This document shows, piece after piece, positions 46,565 through 57,038 of a stretch of 64,000 nucleotides of DNA. Made by a program: the position numbers and the translations under genes. Position 1 is the first letter of the stretch, and every line of letters begins with the position of its first letter. Origin of the DNA: a virus (lineage: Duplodnaviria > Caudoviricetes). The notes under the pieces were generated by a model. The model made no database searches. It saw only the letters and a list, made by a program, of their open reading frames with translations, and had not been told where the DNA came from. The stretch is from positions 97,990 to 161,989 of the IMG/VR virus record IMGVR_UViG_2706795719_000001; one strand, written 5' to 3'.

Positions 46565-47482
46565 CTAAAACATGTTAATATCTTTAGTTAATTTAACTAA
46601 TCCGGCCTTTACAAAATATGGATAAATTTTACTTCTTCCAGGGACTTTAAAATTATCAAATTCATCTATAATTTTTTGTTTAATATCCTCTGGAATACAA
46701 GTCATATCTATCATAATCTTATTTTCATTAAAGCGTTTAAGTTCTTCTTCTGAAAGGTGTTTTTCTGGTCCATCATCTAAACATGATTGAATTAATTTAG
46801 AAGAAATACTTGGGGCTCTTTCACCTTCAACACGAGTAAACCAATAATCAGAACGACATTTAACACCGGCTACAGTATCTTTTCTATCTCCTTTAAGGAG
46901 CTTTGTCATTAAGAATTCTGGGATAGATTCTTTTGATTTAACCATTTTCTTAAGTTGTGGAGCCCATTGTTTAATATTATTATTAATATGCAATTGTTTG
47001 TAGTCACCATCCGAAGAAATAATCATTATTTTCCTATCTAAACATTCTCTAAGAGTAAGAACGCCAATAATGTCATCAGCTTCAACCCGTGGAATGTCAA
47101 TAGTATAATAAGGCATATTTTCTCTGAATTCTTCTTTAATTTGATTGATAGCAGTAAAATATCCTTCCCAATCAAAAGTAGAATTCTCATCACGATCTGC
47201 GGCCCGGGTCTTTTTATAATAATAGCCGTAATCTCGACGCCAATAACCATTGTTAGCATTATCAAATGCAAGAACTGTAATAGGATATTCGTCATTAAAT
47301 TTCTTAAGATTAAATCGAATACTATTTAATACAATGTGTCTTAACATCCCAATCTTAATTGGTGTATTCTGGAATTCTTGGAATGCCGCGGCTAATGCTA
47401 TTTGAGACATATCAAAGAATTTAATTCCTGGTTTTTCATCTTCTTCGTCGTCAAAAAATGCACTTAAATTAACTTGATTCAT
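46565..47482 (-). CDS. rnh: RNase H (5'-3' exonuclease)
   Basis: GYWRR....YYKK.R, EADDII, SSDGD, KGD.KD. Confidence 0.95.
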   Translation of the reverse strand: MNQVNLSAFFDDEEDEKPGIKFFDMSQIALAAAFQEFQNTPIKIGMLRHIVLNSIRFNLKKFNDEYPITVLAFDNANNGYWRRDYGYYYKKTRAADRDENSTFDWEGYFTAINQIKEEFRENMPYYTIDIPRVEADDIIGVLTLRECLDRKIMIISSDGDYKQLHINNNIKQWAPQLKKMVKSKESIPEFLMTKLLKGDRKDTVAGVKCRSDYWFTRVEGERAPSISSKLIQSCLDDGPEKHLSEEELKRFNENKIMIDMTCIPEDIKQKIIDEFDNFKVPGRSKIYPYFVKAGLVKLTKDINMF

Positions 47483-47520
47483 AAACCCTCTAATAAATAT
47501 AATAAAGAAAGGAGCCATAT

Positions 47521-50500
47521 ATGACTTTAAACAAATCACTTAAAGCAACATACGGACTTGATGCCTCTAACGAAAAAGTTATAAATGTCGGGCTAGCCGA
47601 CAAAAAAACTTTAACGGATGGCGTTAATGTCGAATTTTTAATTCAAGAAAACACAATCCAAGCATACGACAAAAACCGTGGATATGAAAAAGGCTTTGCG
47701 GTTATATTTGAAAATAGAATTTATGTTTCAAATCAAAATATAGAATCACCAGCAGGTGATTTTGAGCCTCATAAATGGTTTTCTTTACGTGTAGACCCTA
47801 AATGGGAAACAATATTCGAAACCGTGTCTTCAGGTCAGATTATAACATCAGGACAATTTATTGCAGCTAATACTTCAATAAATGACCTTTATTTTAAATT
47901 ACCTAGAAAACCACAACCAGGCGATACTGTTTGTATTAAAGAAGTTTCTGGTAATTCAGGTTACAAATATCTTAAAATAGGTAAAACCGATAATTCCATT
48001 ATTTGGAACGGTACTGATGTTGAAGAATTATATCTAACAAGACCTTATTCGCAAACTTATTTTATATTTTCAGGTAATGTTTGGAATGTATTTCAAATTG
48101 AACATGAAGATATTGGAAGAATTATATCTACGTCGCCAATAAAGCAACAAGTTTCTGCTGGTGAAAGACTGTATAGATTATCTTCAACAGGCGAAATTAA
48201 TATTATGTTACCAAAATATGCTATGCATGGTGATGTAATAGAAATGTTTGACGTTGACGGGTTAACATCAATAAATCATTTAACAATTTTTGTTTCAGAA
48301 GGTTCAGGACATGCTATTGGAACACTAGGGCAAACTAAATACGAAGTTAGAACCATCGGTAACGGCCGTTTAGTATTTGATGGCTCTAATAATTTATGGA
48401 GATTATGGGATGGTGATATTAGAACAAGATTAAAAACCATTAAAGAAGACCATAAATTACTTCCTAATGAACAAATTCTTGTTTATGGGGCAAATAATAC
48501 TGTTAAAGAAACCATCACATTAACTTTACCAAGAAATATAGCAGTAGGTGATACTGTAGAAATATCATTAGGATATATGAGAAAAGGGCAAACTGTCGTT
48601 ATTAAAACCGATGGCGATGATATTATTGGGACGGATAAAAATCTTTTACAATTCCCAAAACGTTCACAATATCCACCAGAAATGGCTTGGGTTGAAGTTA
48701 AAGAACTGTCATTTAATGGAACCGATGATTATTTACCATATTTAAAATTTGCATACGTAGAAACATTATCTAAACTTGGATGGGCAGTTCAACATTATCG
48801 TCCTAATGTTGAAAGGGTTGATTTTAAAAATCCAGAAAGAATTGGATTAATTGCATTAGCCACTCAAAATCAAGCTAATATTGATCATGAAAATAACCCG
48901 GAAAAAGAATTAGCTATTACACCATTTACACTGGCTAACAGAGTTGCCACTGAAGAAAGACGTGGTATTGCTAAAACAGCAAAAACTTCTATGGTCAATC
49001 AAAATTCAAATGGAAAATTTGAAGATGACACTATAGTAACACCTAAAAAATTAAACGAACGAACAGCTACAGAAGAACGACGTGGCCTAGCCGAAATTGC
49101 TACTCAAGAAGAAACAAATACCGGTAAAGATGATACGACTATTGTTTCTCCGTTAAAACTCGAGAACAGGAAAGCCTCAGAAACTTTATCTGGTATTGCT
49201 AAAATAGTTCCATCCAAGGGAGCCCCAGGAACACAACGTGATAAACCAGGTACAGGTGTTTATAATTACACAGATAATAAGACTATTGTTTCTCCTTCAG
49301 CTATACATGAGCTTTTAAGTACAGAAAATTCTCATGGTGTTGTTTACTTAGCATCTGAAACTGAAGTTATTGAAGCACCAGATATGGACCCTAAATTTCC
49401 TGTTGCTGTAACTCCGGTTCAACTACATAAGAAAACTGCAACAGAAAATAGAATTGGTTTCTCTCAAATCGCTACACAAGAAGAAACTGATTTAGGGCAA
49501 GATAATTTTAAATTCATAACACCTAAAAAATTAAATGATAGAAAATCTTCAGAAACGTTAGAAGGTATATCAAGATATGCTACGTATGAAGAATTTAAAA
49601 AGGGTGATTTAAATTTAATTTCTGAACCTGGTAAAATAAAACAATTTTTACAAGAAGCAAGAATAACAACTGTTCCTGAATCAGGAATCGTATTTACCGG
49701 TAATATTTGGGACACTTGTAATTTTGATATTAAGGCTTCGTCTGAAGTTGATAGAGGAACTTTAAAATTATCTACACAAGACCAAACAAATACAGGTGAA
49801 GATGATACAACGGCTATTACGCCTAAAAAATTACAAAACAAAAAATCAACAGAACAAGTTGAAGGTATAATTCAACTTTCTACTTATGCAGAAACAATTG
49901 CAGGAGAAGTTAATAATAAAGCCATATCACCACAAAACTTTGTTTTAGCTGTACAAACAGAAGATAATGGTTTACAAGCTTCAACTTCTTTACGTGGTTT
50001 TGTAAGATTGTTGGATGGGGCTAGTGTATGGCAAGGAACTGACGAAACAGGTAGTGATCCAGAAAATGAAGACTTCTTACATGATGGATATGCAGTTTCA
50101 CCAAGAGAACTAAATAAAGCATTAAGTCATTATCTTCCTATAAAAGGAAAGGCCGTTAATTCTACTTTGTTTGATGACCTAAAAACTTCAGATTTTGTTA
50201 GAAGAAATATTGATCAAGAAATTGATGGAGTAATGACTTTTAATAAACCAGTTATTCTTAAAGATACTTTAGTTTCTACAAGTTCTGGTAAATTTGAGTC
50301 TTTAGAATCAAAAACAGTTTCTATTGGTGATGGTACTATCGGTTCAATAAGCTTTTTATCTACTACGCCATGGAAAATTGATGTACAAGATGATTTCAAA
50401 ATTAACAATGTAAAAATTGATAAAGATGAAGTTATCCATTCTAAAGGATTAGAAACGGTTTCTTATATTGATACTTCAGAATATAGATTAAATGGTAAAA

Positions 50501-51177
50501 CATTTATTTCTGGACAAGGCACTATTAATGTAGGTGATTCAGAATCTCAAATTAGATTCCAGACTAAAAATCCTAATGATGTAAGAATTTCTGGTTCTAC
50601 TATTATTGTTAATACTAATTTAGAAGAAAAAGGTAATAAACACTTTATTAATCGTAAACAAGATACCGTTGACGGAGACATTGAATTTACTAAACCAATA
50701 AAAATTAATGTCCCGGAAAACATGGTTGAAGTTTCAGAAGGTATATTTGTTGCTAAAATTACTTCTAAAGAAGAATATGAAAAATATCCAGGTATAGCAG
50801 TTCCTAAAATAGACCAAGAAACTCAAAAAGTTATTGATTACACTTATGTTAAAGGGCCTGGTACGTTAACTCAGTATGGTGATACAAAATCATACACATA
50901 CAGAATCTGGGCCCCACAAGCTTTAGGACAGGAAGATAATCATAATAACTATTCTTTATGGATGCAGGTTTATAACCCAGTTAAAGGTGAATTTGATGCA
51001 TGGGGTAGAATTTATACTTCGCAAAATCCACCTACTGCTGCAGAAATAGGAGCTGTTTCTTCATCTGGTTCTACTTTTGAAACACTTAAAGTTAATCAAT
51101 GGTTACAAGTTGGACCTGTAAGAATGGTTCCGGACCCAGTAACTAAAACTGTAAGGTATATATGGATCGATGAGTAA
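47521..51177 (+). CDS. 34: long tail fibre proximal subunit gp34
   Basis: GLDA..EKVINV, repeated ATE.R.G...IATQ.E...TPKKL motifs. Confidence 0.95.
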   Translation: MTLNKSLKATYGLDASNEKVINVGLADKKTLTDGVNVEFLIQENTIQAYDKNRGYEKGFAVIFENRIYVSNQNIESPAGDFEPHKWFSLRVDPKWETIFETVSSGQIITSGQFIAANTSINDLYFKLPRKPQPGDTVCIKEVSGNSGYKYLKIGKTDNSIIWNGTDVEELYLTRPYSQTYFIFSGNVWNVFQIEHEDIGRIISTSPIKQQVSAGERLYRLSSTGEINIMLPKYAMHGDVIEMFDVDGLTSINHLTIFVSEGSGHAIGTLGQTKYEVRTIGNGRLVFDGSNNLWRLWDGDIRTRLKTIKEDHKLLPNEQILVYGANNTVKETITLTLPRNIAVGDTVEISLGYMRKGQTVVIKTDGDDIIGTDKNLLQFPKRSQYPPEMAWVEVKELSFNGTDDYLPYLKFAYVETLSKLGWAVQHYRPNVERVDFKNPERIGLIALATQNQANIDHENNPEKELAITPFTLANRVATEERRGIAKTAKTSMVNQNSNGKFEDDTIVTPKKLNERTATEERRGLAEIATQEETNTGKDDTTIVSPLKLENRKASETLSGIAKIVPSKGAPGTQRDKPGTGVYNYTDNKTIVSPSAIHELLSTENSHGVVYLASETEVIEAPDMDPKFPVAVTPVQLHKKTATENRIGFSQIATQEETDLGQDNFKFITPKKLNDRKSSETLEGISRYATYEEFKKGDLNLISEPGKIKQFLQEARITTVPESGIVFTGNIWDTCNFDIKASSEVDRGTLKLSTQDQTNTGEDDTTAITPKKLQNKKSTEQVEGIIQLSTYAETIAGEVNNKAISPQNFVLAVQTEDNGLQASTSLRGFVRLLDGASVWQGTDETGSDPENEDFLHDGYAVSPRELNKALSHYLPIKGKAVNSTLFDDLKTSDFVRRNIDQEIDGVMTFNKPVILKDTLVSTSSGKFESLESKTVSIGDGTIGSISFLSTTPWKIDVQDDFKINNVKIDKDEVIHSKGLETVSYIDTSEYRLNGKTFISGQGTINVGDSESQIRFQTKNPNDVRISGSTIIVNTNLEEKGNKHFINRKQDTVDGDIEFTKPIKINVPENMVEVSEGIFVAKITSKEEYEKYPGIAVPKIDQETQKVIDYTYVKGPGTLTQYGDTKSYTYRIWAPQALGQEDNHNNYSLWMQVYNPVKGEFDAWGRIYTSQNPPTAAEIGAVSSSGSTFETLKVNQWLQVGPVRMVPDPVTKTVRYIWIDE

Positions 51178-52288
51178 TATAATGGTTGAATTCGGCCAAG
51201 ATTATGTGGGTGCTCAAACGTTCTCAGAGAACAATGCTCTCACATATAAGTTAACTATAAGGGCCAGTAATAAAAACACACAGGGTGAATCCTGTGTGTT
51301 AATTAATGATAAAAAAATATCAGATCAATGTCAAAAAGGATTTAATGTTTGGGTTATAGATAATAAAGGTAATTTATTCAACAAAATGATTTTTGATTTT
51401 ACAGAAGAATCTGGAAGAAATGCCTTTATTGATTTCATGAAATCCCAGGATAAAAATATAATTTGTATTAGTTCTTCTGATGAATTATTTTCTTCGGAAG
51501 AACTCACAAAATATATGAAAAGTATAGGGTCTGCTTCATGGAATGATTTTTTAATTAAAAAGATTAAAACCGTTTCTTATGCATGTGTATATAGAACAGA
51601 TATAAAGCAAATAGTACTGGAATCTATTCAGTATTCAGATGGTATAAAAGAAGATAATGTTTTAGAATTAGAAACTATTTTTGATTCTGAGTATTCTTTA
51701 GGGATAACTGGATTTCCGGGTTCTATAGTCTATGATCATAAAGAATATACATCAGTTGAAAATGACTACAAAAAATGGCCCACTAGTTTGTTGAATAATA
51801 AATTATCTGATTATGGTCTTAAGCCAGGTGATTGGGTTTCTTTAAGTGCATCTATATTTGGCGATAAAGAACTTAAAGACGAAGGTGGTTGGACAAGGAT
51901 AGATTGTAGATGGGTTCTTGGCAATACATGGAAACAATCATTTTATCTTGAGAGCACACTAAAAGGAAATTACCCAGTCCAATCTATGGTTAATCCAGAT
52001 ATATGGGAATCTAAAACTGTTTATTCTCAGATTCCAGAAGGTGTAGATGGATTTGTCATTATAGCTTCTAGATATAATTCTGAGCTAGGACATTCTGCTG
52101 TAAAAAACGTGGCATTTGGTAAATCAGCAGAACCTATAATAGAAGAATCTGATCGACAAATAGGGATAAATGGTATCAGAAATTCATTTATAAAAGAGGA
52201 AGAACAAAAAGTAGGTTCATTATTAAGTTTATTAAATCTTAAGGACAAATCAGATACAATTTCTTCTATAAACTTTAAAGAAATCTAA
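51170..52288 (+). CDS. 35: long tail fibre hinge connector gp35
   Basis: EFGQ.YV....SENN start; size and position. Confidence 0.9.
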   Translation: MSNIMVEFGQDYVGAQTFSENNALTYKLTIRASNKNTQGESCVLINDKKISDQCQKGFNVWVIDNKGNLFNKMIFDFTEESGRNAFIDFMKSQDKNIICISSSDELFSSEELTKYMKSIGSASWNDFLIKKIKTVSYACVYRTDIKQIVLESIQYSDGIKEDNVLELETIFDSEYSLGITGFPGSIVYDHKEYTSVENDYKKWPTSLLNNKLSDYGLKPGDWVSLSASIFGDKELKDEGGWTRIDCRWVLGNTWKQSFYLESTLKGNYPVQSMVNPDIWESKTVYSQIPEGVDGFVIIASRYNSELGHSAVKNVAFGKSAEPIIEESDRQIGINGIRNSFIKEEEQKVGSLLSLLNLKDKSDTISSINFKEI

Positions 52289-52293
52289 TAACG

Positions 52294-52439
52294 TATAGTT
52301 ATTAATTTATTACTTAATAGTTATATAGAATATACTATACTTTTAATAAAATAGTTTACTATAGTTATTAATTTATTACTTAATAGTTATATATATATAA
52401 TATAAAGAACTTAATAAATTCTGGGAGCGAAGCTCCCAG
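52294..52439. repeat. AT-rich 66-bp-unit repeat array, locus B, with GAA-triloop hairpin at 52421-52439
   Basis: tandem copies at 52297 and 52363; 75/76 identical to 16371-16446. Confidence 0.95.
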
Positions 52440-52461
52440 TTTTCTTTAGAAAAGGCTCTTT

Positions 52462-52469
52462 TATAAATA
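52462..52469 (+). promoter_or_regulatory. late promoter for gene 36
   Basis: TATAAATA; leader aataaagaaaggag shared with gene 34. Confidence 0.8.
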
Positions 52470-52489
52470 CAATAAAGAAAGGAGTTTAT

Positions 52490-52957
52490 ATGGCAGACCT
52501 TAAAAGAGGAAGTACTGCTGGAGGAGAATTAATCCTTACACAAGGAAATTTTCCATTAATACCAGTTGGTAATTCTTTATATTTTAACAAGCATAAAGTC
52601 TACACTGAATATGATAAGCCTACAGCAGAAGAAGTTGATTCTGTTTCGGCTTCTAAAGGTGGAGAATTTAAAGAAAGAGTAATTTTTAAAGAAATACAAG
52701 TTAATGGTAAAACAACTCCATTAACAATTAAAGAAGGGTTAGAAACAGATAGTGAAATAACTATAGGAACATTAGATATTAAATCAGGTGATAAATCTGT
52801 TTTATTGATTGATCCTTCTAATCCTGAATTACTTCAAACAGATTCTATAAAAACTAATAAAACCGTGCTAACATCCCCAGGAACAGAAGCTAATCATGCT
52901 GTTAGATATGACCAAGTTGTGTTGGTAGGTGATGTTATTGACTTTGGAGAATTCTAA
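52490..52957 (+). CDS. 36: long tail fibre distal connector gp36
   Basis: MADLK.GST.GG, QGNFPL, IDFG.F. Confidence 0.9.
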   Translation: MADLKRGSTAGGELILTQGNFPLIPVGNSLYFNKHKVYTEYDKPTAEEVDSVSASKGGEFKERVIFKEIQVNGKTTPLTIKEGLETDSEITIGTLDIKSGDKSVLLIDPSNPELLQTDSIKTNKTVLTSPGTEANHAVRYDQVVLVGDVIDFGEF

Positions 52958-55212
52958 TGGCAAAAATTCCAAGAATACAATTTAAACGAACTAAAAGTCC
53001 AGGAGTAAAACCTTCTAAAGATATTTTAGCAGAAGGCGAATTAGCTATTAACCTAGCAGATAGAATGCTTTTTACCAAATCAGGTGAAGAAATAATCGAT
53101 CTTGGTTTTGCTAAAGGTGGTACTGTTAATGGAGATATTATCCAAGAAACAGGTAATTTTATTACTAACGGGGTTTTAACTGTCCAATCTCCAATTAACC
53201 CCGGAATAAATTTTCTAAAAAGCGATACAAATGAATATTTAAGATTAGAAACTAAAAATAATGAAGGTTTGTTTATTTTTGGCGACGGTGGACAAACTAA
53301 AGCATTTGTAAAGCTCCCTAAAGAAACTGGTACTATTGCTACAAGAGAATGGACTAACTCTAATAAAGTTGATAAAAAAGGCGATACATTAACAGGTGAA
53401 CTTAGATGGACTAATAAATCACCAGAGACATATACCCAATTTATAGAATCTACAGCAGTTAATGACTCAACGGCTAAAAACTTTATTAGAAAATTTAGAA
53501 ATCGTTCAGGAGGATACTTATGGCATGAAGTTGTAGACGAAAATGGATTGTCTTATTATACAGGAACAACAATAGACCAATTGAGAGTTCAATTAGGAAT
53601 ATCTGGTGTAAAAATAGATGGTGGAGCATCTTATGAATTCAACGGATCAGTAAGAAAAGCAGGTATAGATGCTATTGTTGACCAAGGCTCTTGGTCCACA
53701 TGGAGAGACCGTCCAGCTCTTGTTCAAATGAGATGTCAGTCTAATAATGGTTCATCATCATTGTTCAAGATTTTGAGTAATACTGGGAAACCTATAGCGG
53801 CTTTTGGTGGTTTTAGTACAACTGGAGACGAAACCCAATCTAGGTTCCAATTTAGATTTGCGAATAATACTTTAGATTACTATAATGGTGGGATGTCAAT
53901 AGATGGAGAAATTGTTGCCAAAGGCCAAATTAATGTAAAAGATAAACAAGGTGGAACACCATATACCCAAATATCATACGAAAGTAACGAAGCCCGTTGG
54001 TCTGTTAATGATGGCTCATGGAAAATATTAAGACATCCTAAAACAACAGGAACAGCTGCTACCCAAGAATGGGCTAACTCTAATTTCTATAATAAAACAG
54101 ATTCTGATAATAGACATGTACTATTAGGAACTGGTGGTAACATTAGATTACATTCTTATAAATCTGGTGGTCATGGGTATTCTTCTTGGTATGAAAATAA
54201 TGCCAGACAGGCTTATATAGGATTCGGAAATGACGGTTCTACAGAATTTACCATTAATAACGAAAAAGGATCTAATAGTACTATTAACCTTAAAGCTGGT
54301 AATGTTCTTGTTAACAGTGCAACTGTCGCGACTCAAAATTGGTCTAATTCAAATCATTACAAAAAAACAGAAACCTATAATAAATCAGAAATTGATGGTA
54401 AAGTTAATGGTAGATTAACTCAAAGCCAAGCTGATGGAAGATATGTCAGAATGGATTTGACTAATCTAGGTAAACAATATACGCCGGCAGAAACGATAGC
54501 TTCTGGGAACTGGGGTAGACCTATTGGGTTTTCAACAATGACACACCCTAATACACCTAATAAGCCAGCAGGTATAACGGGTTATGGGTACTGGCACGTT
54601 ATAGCAGGTAGAGATCAAGGAAATGGATACGCTGGATTTTTTACAGAATACAGTGGTGGACGTGTTTTTTATGGAAGGGGTGAAACAGGTGGTGCCAACC
54701 CAACTTGGTCTAAAGTTTATACTGAAGCAAGTAAACCTACTCCAGGTGAAATAGGTGCTTATACTAAAGGAGAAACTTATTCTAGAGCAGAAGTTGATTC
54801 TCGTGTAAACGGTAGATTAACACAAGCCACGGCGGATGGCAGATACGCATACAAAGGTGGTGCTACAGGTCAAAACTTTGGTGCTAATATAGTTGATGCC
54901 GCAGATGTTAATATTCGTTCAGATATCTCTGTTAAAAGTAATTTAGTATATATAAAAAATGCATTAGATTTATTAAAACCATTATCTGGATATAAATATG
55001 ATTTAAGACTTAACGATAATACTCATAAAAACTCTGTAGGTATAATTGCTCAAGATGTACAAAAAGTTCTTCCTGAATTAGTACAAAAAGATTCGACAGA
55101 TTTATTATCAGTTAACTATAACGGGTTAACAGCAGTTCTTATTAATGCGGTTAACGAACTTAATAACAGACTTAAAGAATTAGAGGTGAAAAATGGCAGT
55201 AACAGGACCTAG
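52957..55212 (+). CDS. 37: long tail fibre distal subunit gp37 with C-terminal intramolecular chaperone
   Basis: IQFKRTK..G..P....LAEGELAINL.D; RSD...K, GIIAQDVQKVLPE, VNYNGL. Confidence 0.93.
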   Translation: MAKIPRIQFKRTKSPGVKPSKDILAEGELAINLADRMLFTKSGEEIIDLGFAKGGTVNGDIIQETGNFITNGVLTVQSPINPGINFLKSDTNEYLRLETKNNEGLFIFGDGGQTKAFVKLPKETGTIATREWTNSNKVDKKGDTLTGELRWTNKSPETYTQFIESTAVNDSTAKNFIRKFRNRSGGYLWHEVVDENGLSYYTGTTIDQLRVQLGISGVKIDGGASYEFNGSVRKAGIDAIVDQGSWSTWRDRPALVQMRCQSNNGSSSLFKILSNTGKPIAAFGGFSTTGDETQSRFQFRFANNTLDYYNGGMSIDGEIVAKGQINVKDKQGGTPYTQISYESNEARWSVNDGSWKILRHPKTTGTAATQEWANSNFYNKTDSDNRHVLLGTGGNIRLHSYKSGGHGYSSWYENNARQAYIGFGNDGSTEFTINNEKGSNSTINLKAGNVLVNSATVATQNWSNSNHYKKTETYNKSEIDGKVNGRLTQSQADGRYVRMDLTNLGKQYTPAETIASGNWGRPIGFSTMTHPNTPNKPAGITGYGYWHVIAGRDQGNGYAGFFTEYSGGRVFYGRGETGGANPTWSKVYTEASKPTPGEIGAYTKGETYSRAEVDSRVNGRLTQATADGRYAYKGGATGQNFGANIVDAADVNIRSDISVKSNLVYIKNALDLLKPLSGYKYDLRLNDNTHKNSVGIIAQDVQKVLPELVQKDSTDLLSVNYNGLTAVLINAVNELNNRLKELEVKNGSNRT

Positions 55213-55708
55213 AGTCGGAAGTTCAGCAAAAAAAGAAACTGGTGAATCTAGTATGAAGGCCGCTGGGGCTAAATTAAGACTTAGTACTCCGTTTAAAATG
55301 TCTCAAATGATAGGAAGAAGTGTAAAAGGGTTAATATACACATTAGACTTAAATACTAATATCGATTGGCCCAAATGGTATAGTTCTACAAAAACTGATG
55401 TAACCCCATACGGTGATTTTAAACTTGGCGAAACTGGTGACAATAATATGAAAATCATAGGTGTGGGTGCTCACCACTACTATAATGGTGATAAAAATGT
55501 ATATTTGGAAATGTCAGACCCGTCAATGATACACAATTATACTAGATTAGTTTTAAGACATAACGGAATACAGTATACTCTTGTTCCTGGGATGGAATTG
55601 TTTAAACAAGTATTTGTCCCCAGAAGCCAAGATTTTGATGCTTTCTATAATTTAGTAGTGTCTAATCTTAGGAAAGAAGTAAGTATGGATGTAATTGAAT
55701 TAGTATAA
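55193..55708 (+). CDS. 38: gp38 adhesin-type receptor-binding protein (atypical)
   Basis: MAV.GP.VGSSA..ETG...M...LRL..PF.MS.M.GRS N-terminus. Confidence 0.8.
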   Translation: MAVTGPRVGSSAKKETGESSMKAAGAKLRLSTPFKMSQMIGRSVKGLIYTLDLNTNIDWPKWYSSTKTDVTPYGDFKLGETGDNNMKIIGVGAHHYYNGDKNVYLEMSDPSMIHNYTRLVLRHNGIQYTLVPGMELFKQVFVPRSQDFDAFYNLVVSNLRKEVSMDVIELV

Positions 55709-55717
55709 TGAGAAAAT

Positions 55718-56341
55718 ATGGACAAAGGCTTTTTTCTAAGCCTGCTTGATACACTGTTTAAAGACGCCGATGGAAAATTAATCCTTTGGCGTCTTCTTTC
55801 TATAGGAGTACTTGGAATTGGATGTTTTTTATATGTTGCTAGAAATGAATTTTTGGAATTATATAAAAACACTAGATACGAGGCTTATCAACAAGTTCAA
55901 AAGCAAGAAAGAGAACTTAAATTTGAAAAGGCCGTAGTAGACCAATTGCAAATAGTCCATGTATCGTCAGAAGCAGAGTTCAGTGGAATAACTGAATTTA
56001 GACCAGTTGGATTAAATTATTTTTTTGATTTAATTGCTTATGAAGGAAAACTTCCTGAGGAATTGAATTCTAAAAATTTAGGAGGATGGCCTGTTGATAA
56101 AACATCAGAAGAATATATTGAACACATGAATGGACATTATTATACAACAACCGAACATTTTAGATTGCCAACAAGGAATAAAATAGAAAATAAATGGTTG
56201 TTTTCTTGTCCATATTATAATTTGAATAATAATTATGCTGGGAGTATATTTATGATGTGGCCTGAAAAACCTGTTATAAGCGAAGATAGACTTAACATCA
56301 TCTGTTCACAGGCTTCCAGGACCATAGGCAGGACTAAATAA
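55718..56341 (+). CDS. t: holin T
   Basis: LLD.LFKD, single TM, QLQIVH.SS, FSCPY.NL.N.YAG. Confidence 0.95.
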   Translation: MDKGFFLSLLDTLFKDADGKLILWRLLSIGVLGIGCFLYVARNEFLELYKNTRYEAYQQVQKQERELKFEKAVVDQLQIVHVSSEAEFSGITEFRPVGLNYFFDLIAYEGKLPEELNSKNLGGWPVDKTSEEYIEHMNGHYYTTTEHFRLPTRNKIENKWLFSCPYYNLNNNYAGSIFMMWPEKPVISEDRLNIICSQASRTIGRTK

Positions 56342-56343
56342 AA

Positions 56344-56778
56344 TTACGAATATAATCTATCATATTGTTGTTTATGTTGTGTCTGAAGGGATTCTACACA
56401 ACATTTACAATATGGAAAATACCCATCTTTAGAATTTTTCGATTCTGAAAATTTTTCTAAAGGCAATATTTCTTTACAGTTTTTGCAAATTTTATGTAAA
56501 GGAATTTTAATTTCTTTTGCAACATGTGGTAAAACTACTTCTACCGATAATTCTTGTTTAAAAGGTTCTACTAATAATTTTGATAAAACAGATTTGCCTA
56601 ATGTAACAACTACTAAATCTGGCCCTAAATATGTATTTTCGCAATCACCCCAATCAACAGAGACTGTTAATCCAACCCTTTTGACTACTCCTATTCTATT
56701 AATCGGATTATTCGATAATCCTGAATAAAACTTAGATTTATCGCTTATGTATACAAAATCACCAACTTTAATAGTCAT
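56344..56778 (-). CDS. hypothetical protein with C-terminal Cys4 zinc finger
   Basis: KICKNCK..LPL..F...DG...YCKCC. Confidence 0.7.
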   Translation of the reverse strand: MTIKVGDFVYISDKSKFYSGLSNNPINRIGVVKRVGLTVSVDWGDCENTYLGPDLVVVTLGKSVLSKLLVEPFKQELSVEVVLPHVAKEIKIPLHKICKNCKEILPLEKFSESKNSKDGYFPYCKCCVESLQTQHKQQYDRLYS

Positions 56779-56780
56779 AA

Positions 56781-57038
56781 TTAATCCTTATGATGTTTAC
56801 TTGTGGCATGTTTAACAATCGTATGAGTGTTAATAAAATCAATAGCTTCTTGTTCTGTAACTAATTTAATTTCTAAAGAATCAACGCCATTTTCTAATCG
56901 TTCTTCTAACGGGCATAAAGAATCAACGTAATCTGTGATAGATTTAATATAATTTTCTTCAGTAACGTCCTTTTTTGTTCCTGAAGCAAATTTATCTGCA
57001 ATTACACCATTCTTTTTATATGTAGTAATAGAAAACAT
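56781..57038 (-). CDS. hypothetical protein
   Basis: coupled ORF. Confidence 0.6.
   Translation of the reverse strand: MFSITTYKKNGVIADKFASGTKKDVTEENYIKSITDYVDSLCPLEERLENGVDSLEIKLVTEQEAIDFINTHTIVKHATSKHHKD

Noticed and set aside
48840-50130. Repeats in gp34 as a novel repeat system
   Set aside because: These ATE.R.G/TPKKL repeats are a standard feature of T4 gp34
52957-55708. Diversity-generating retroelement or invertase-driven tail-fibre switching
   Set aside because: No reverse transcriptase, template/variable repeat pair or invertase; the internal repeats are short and diverged
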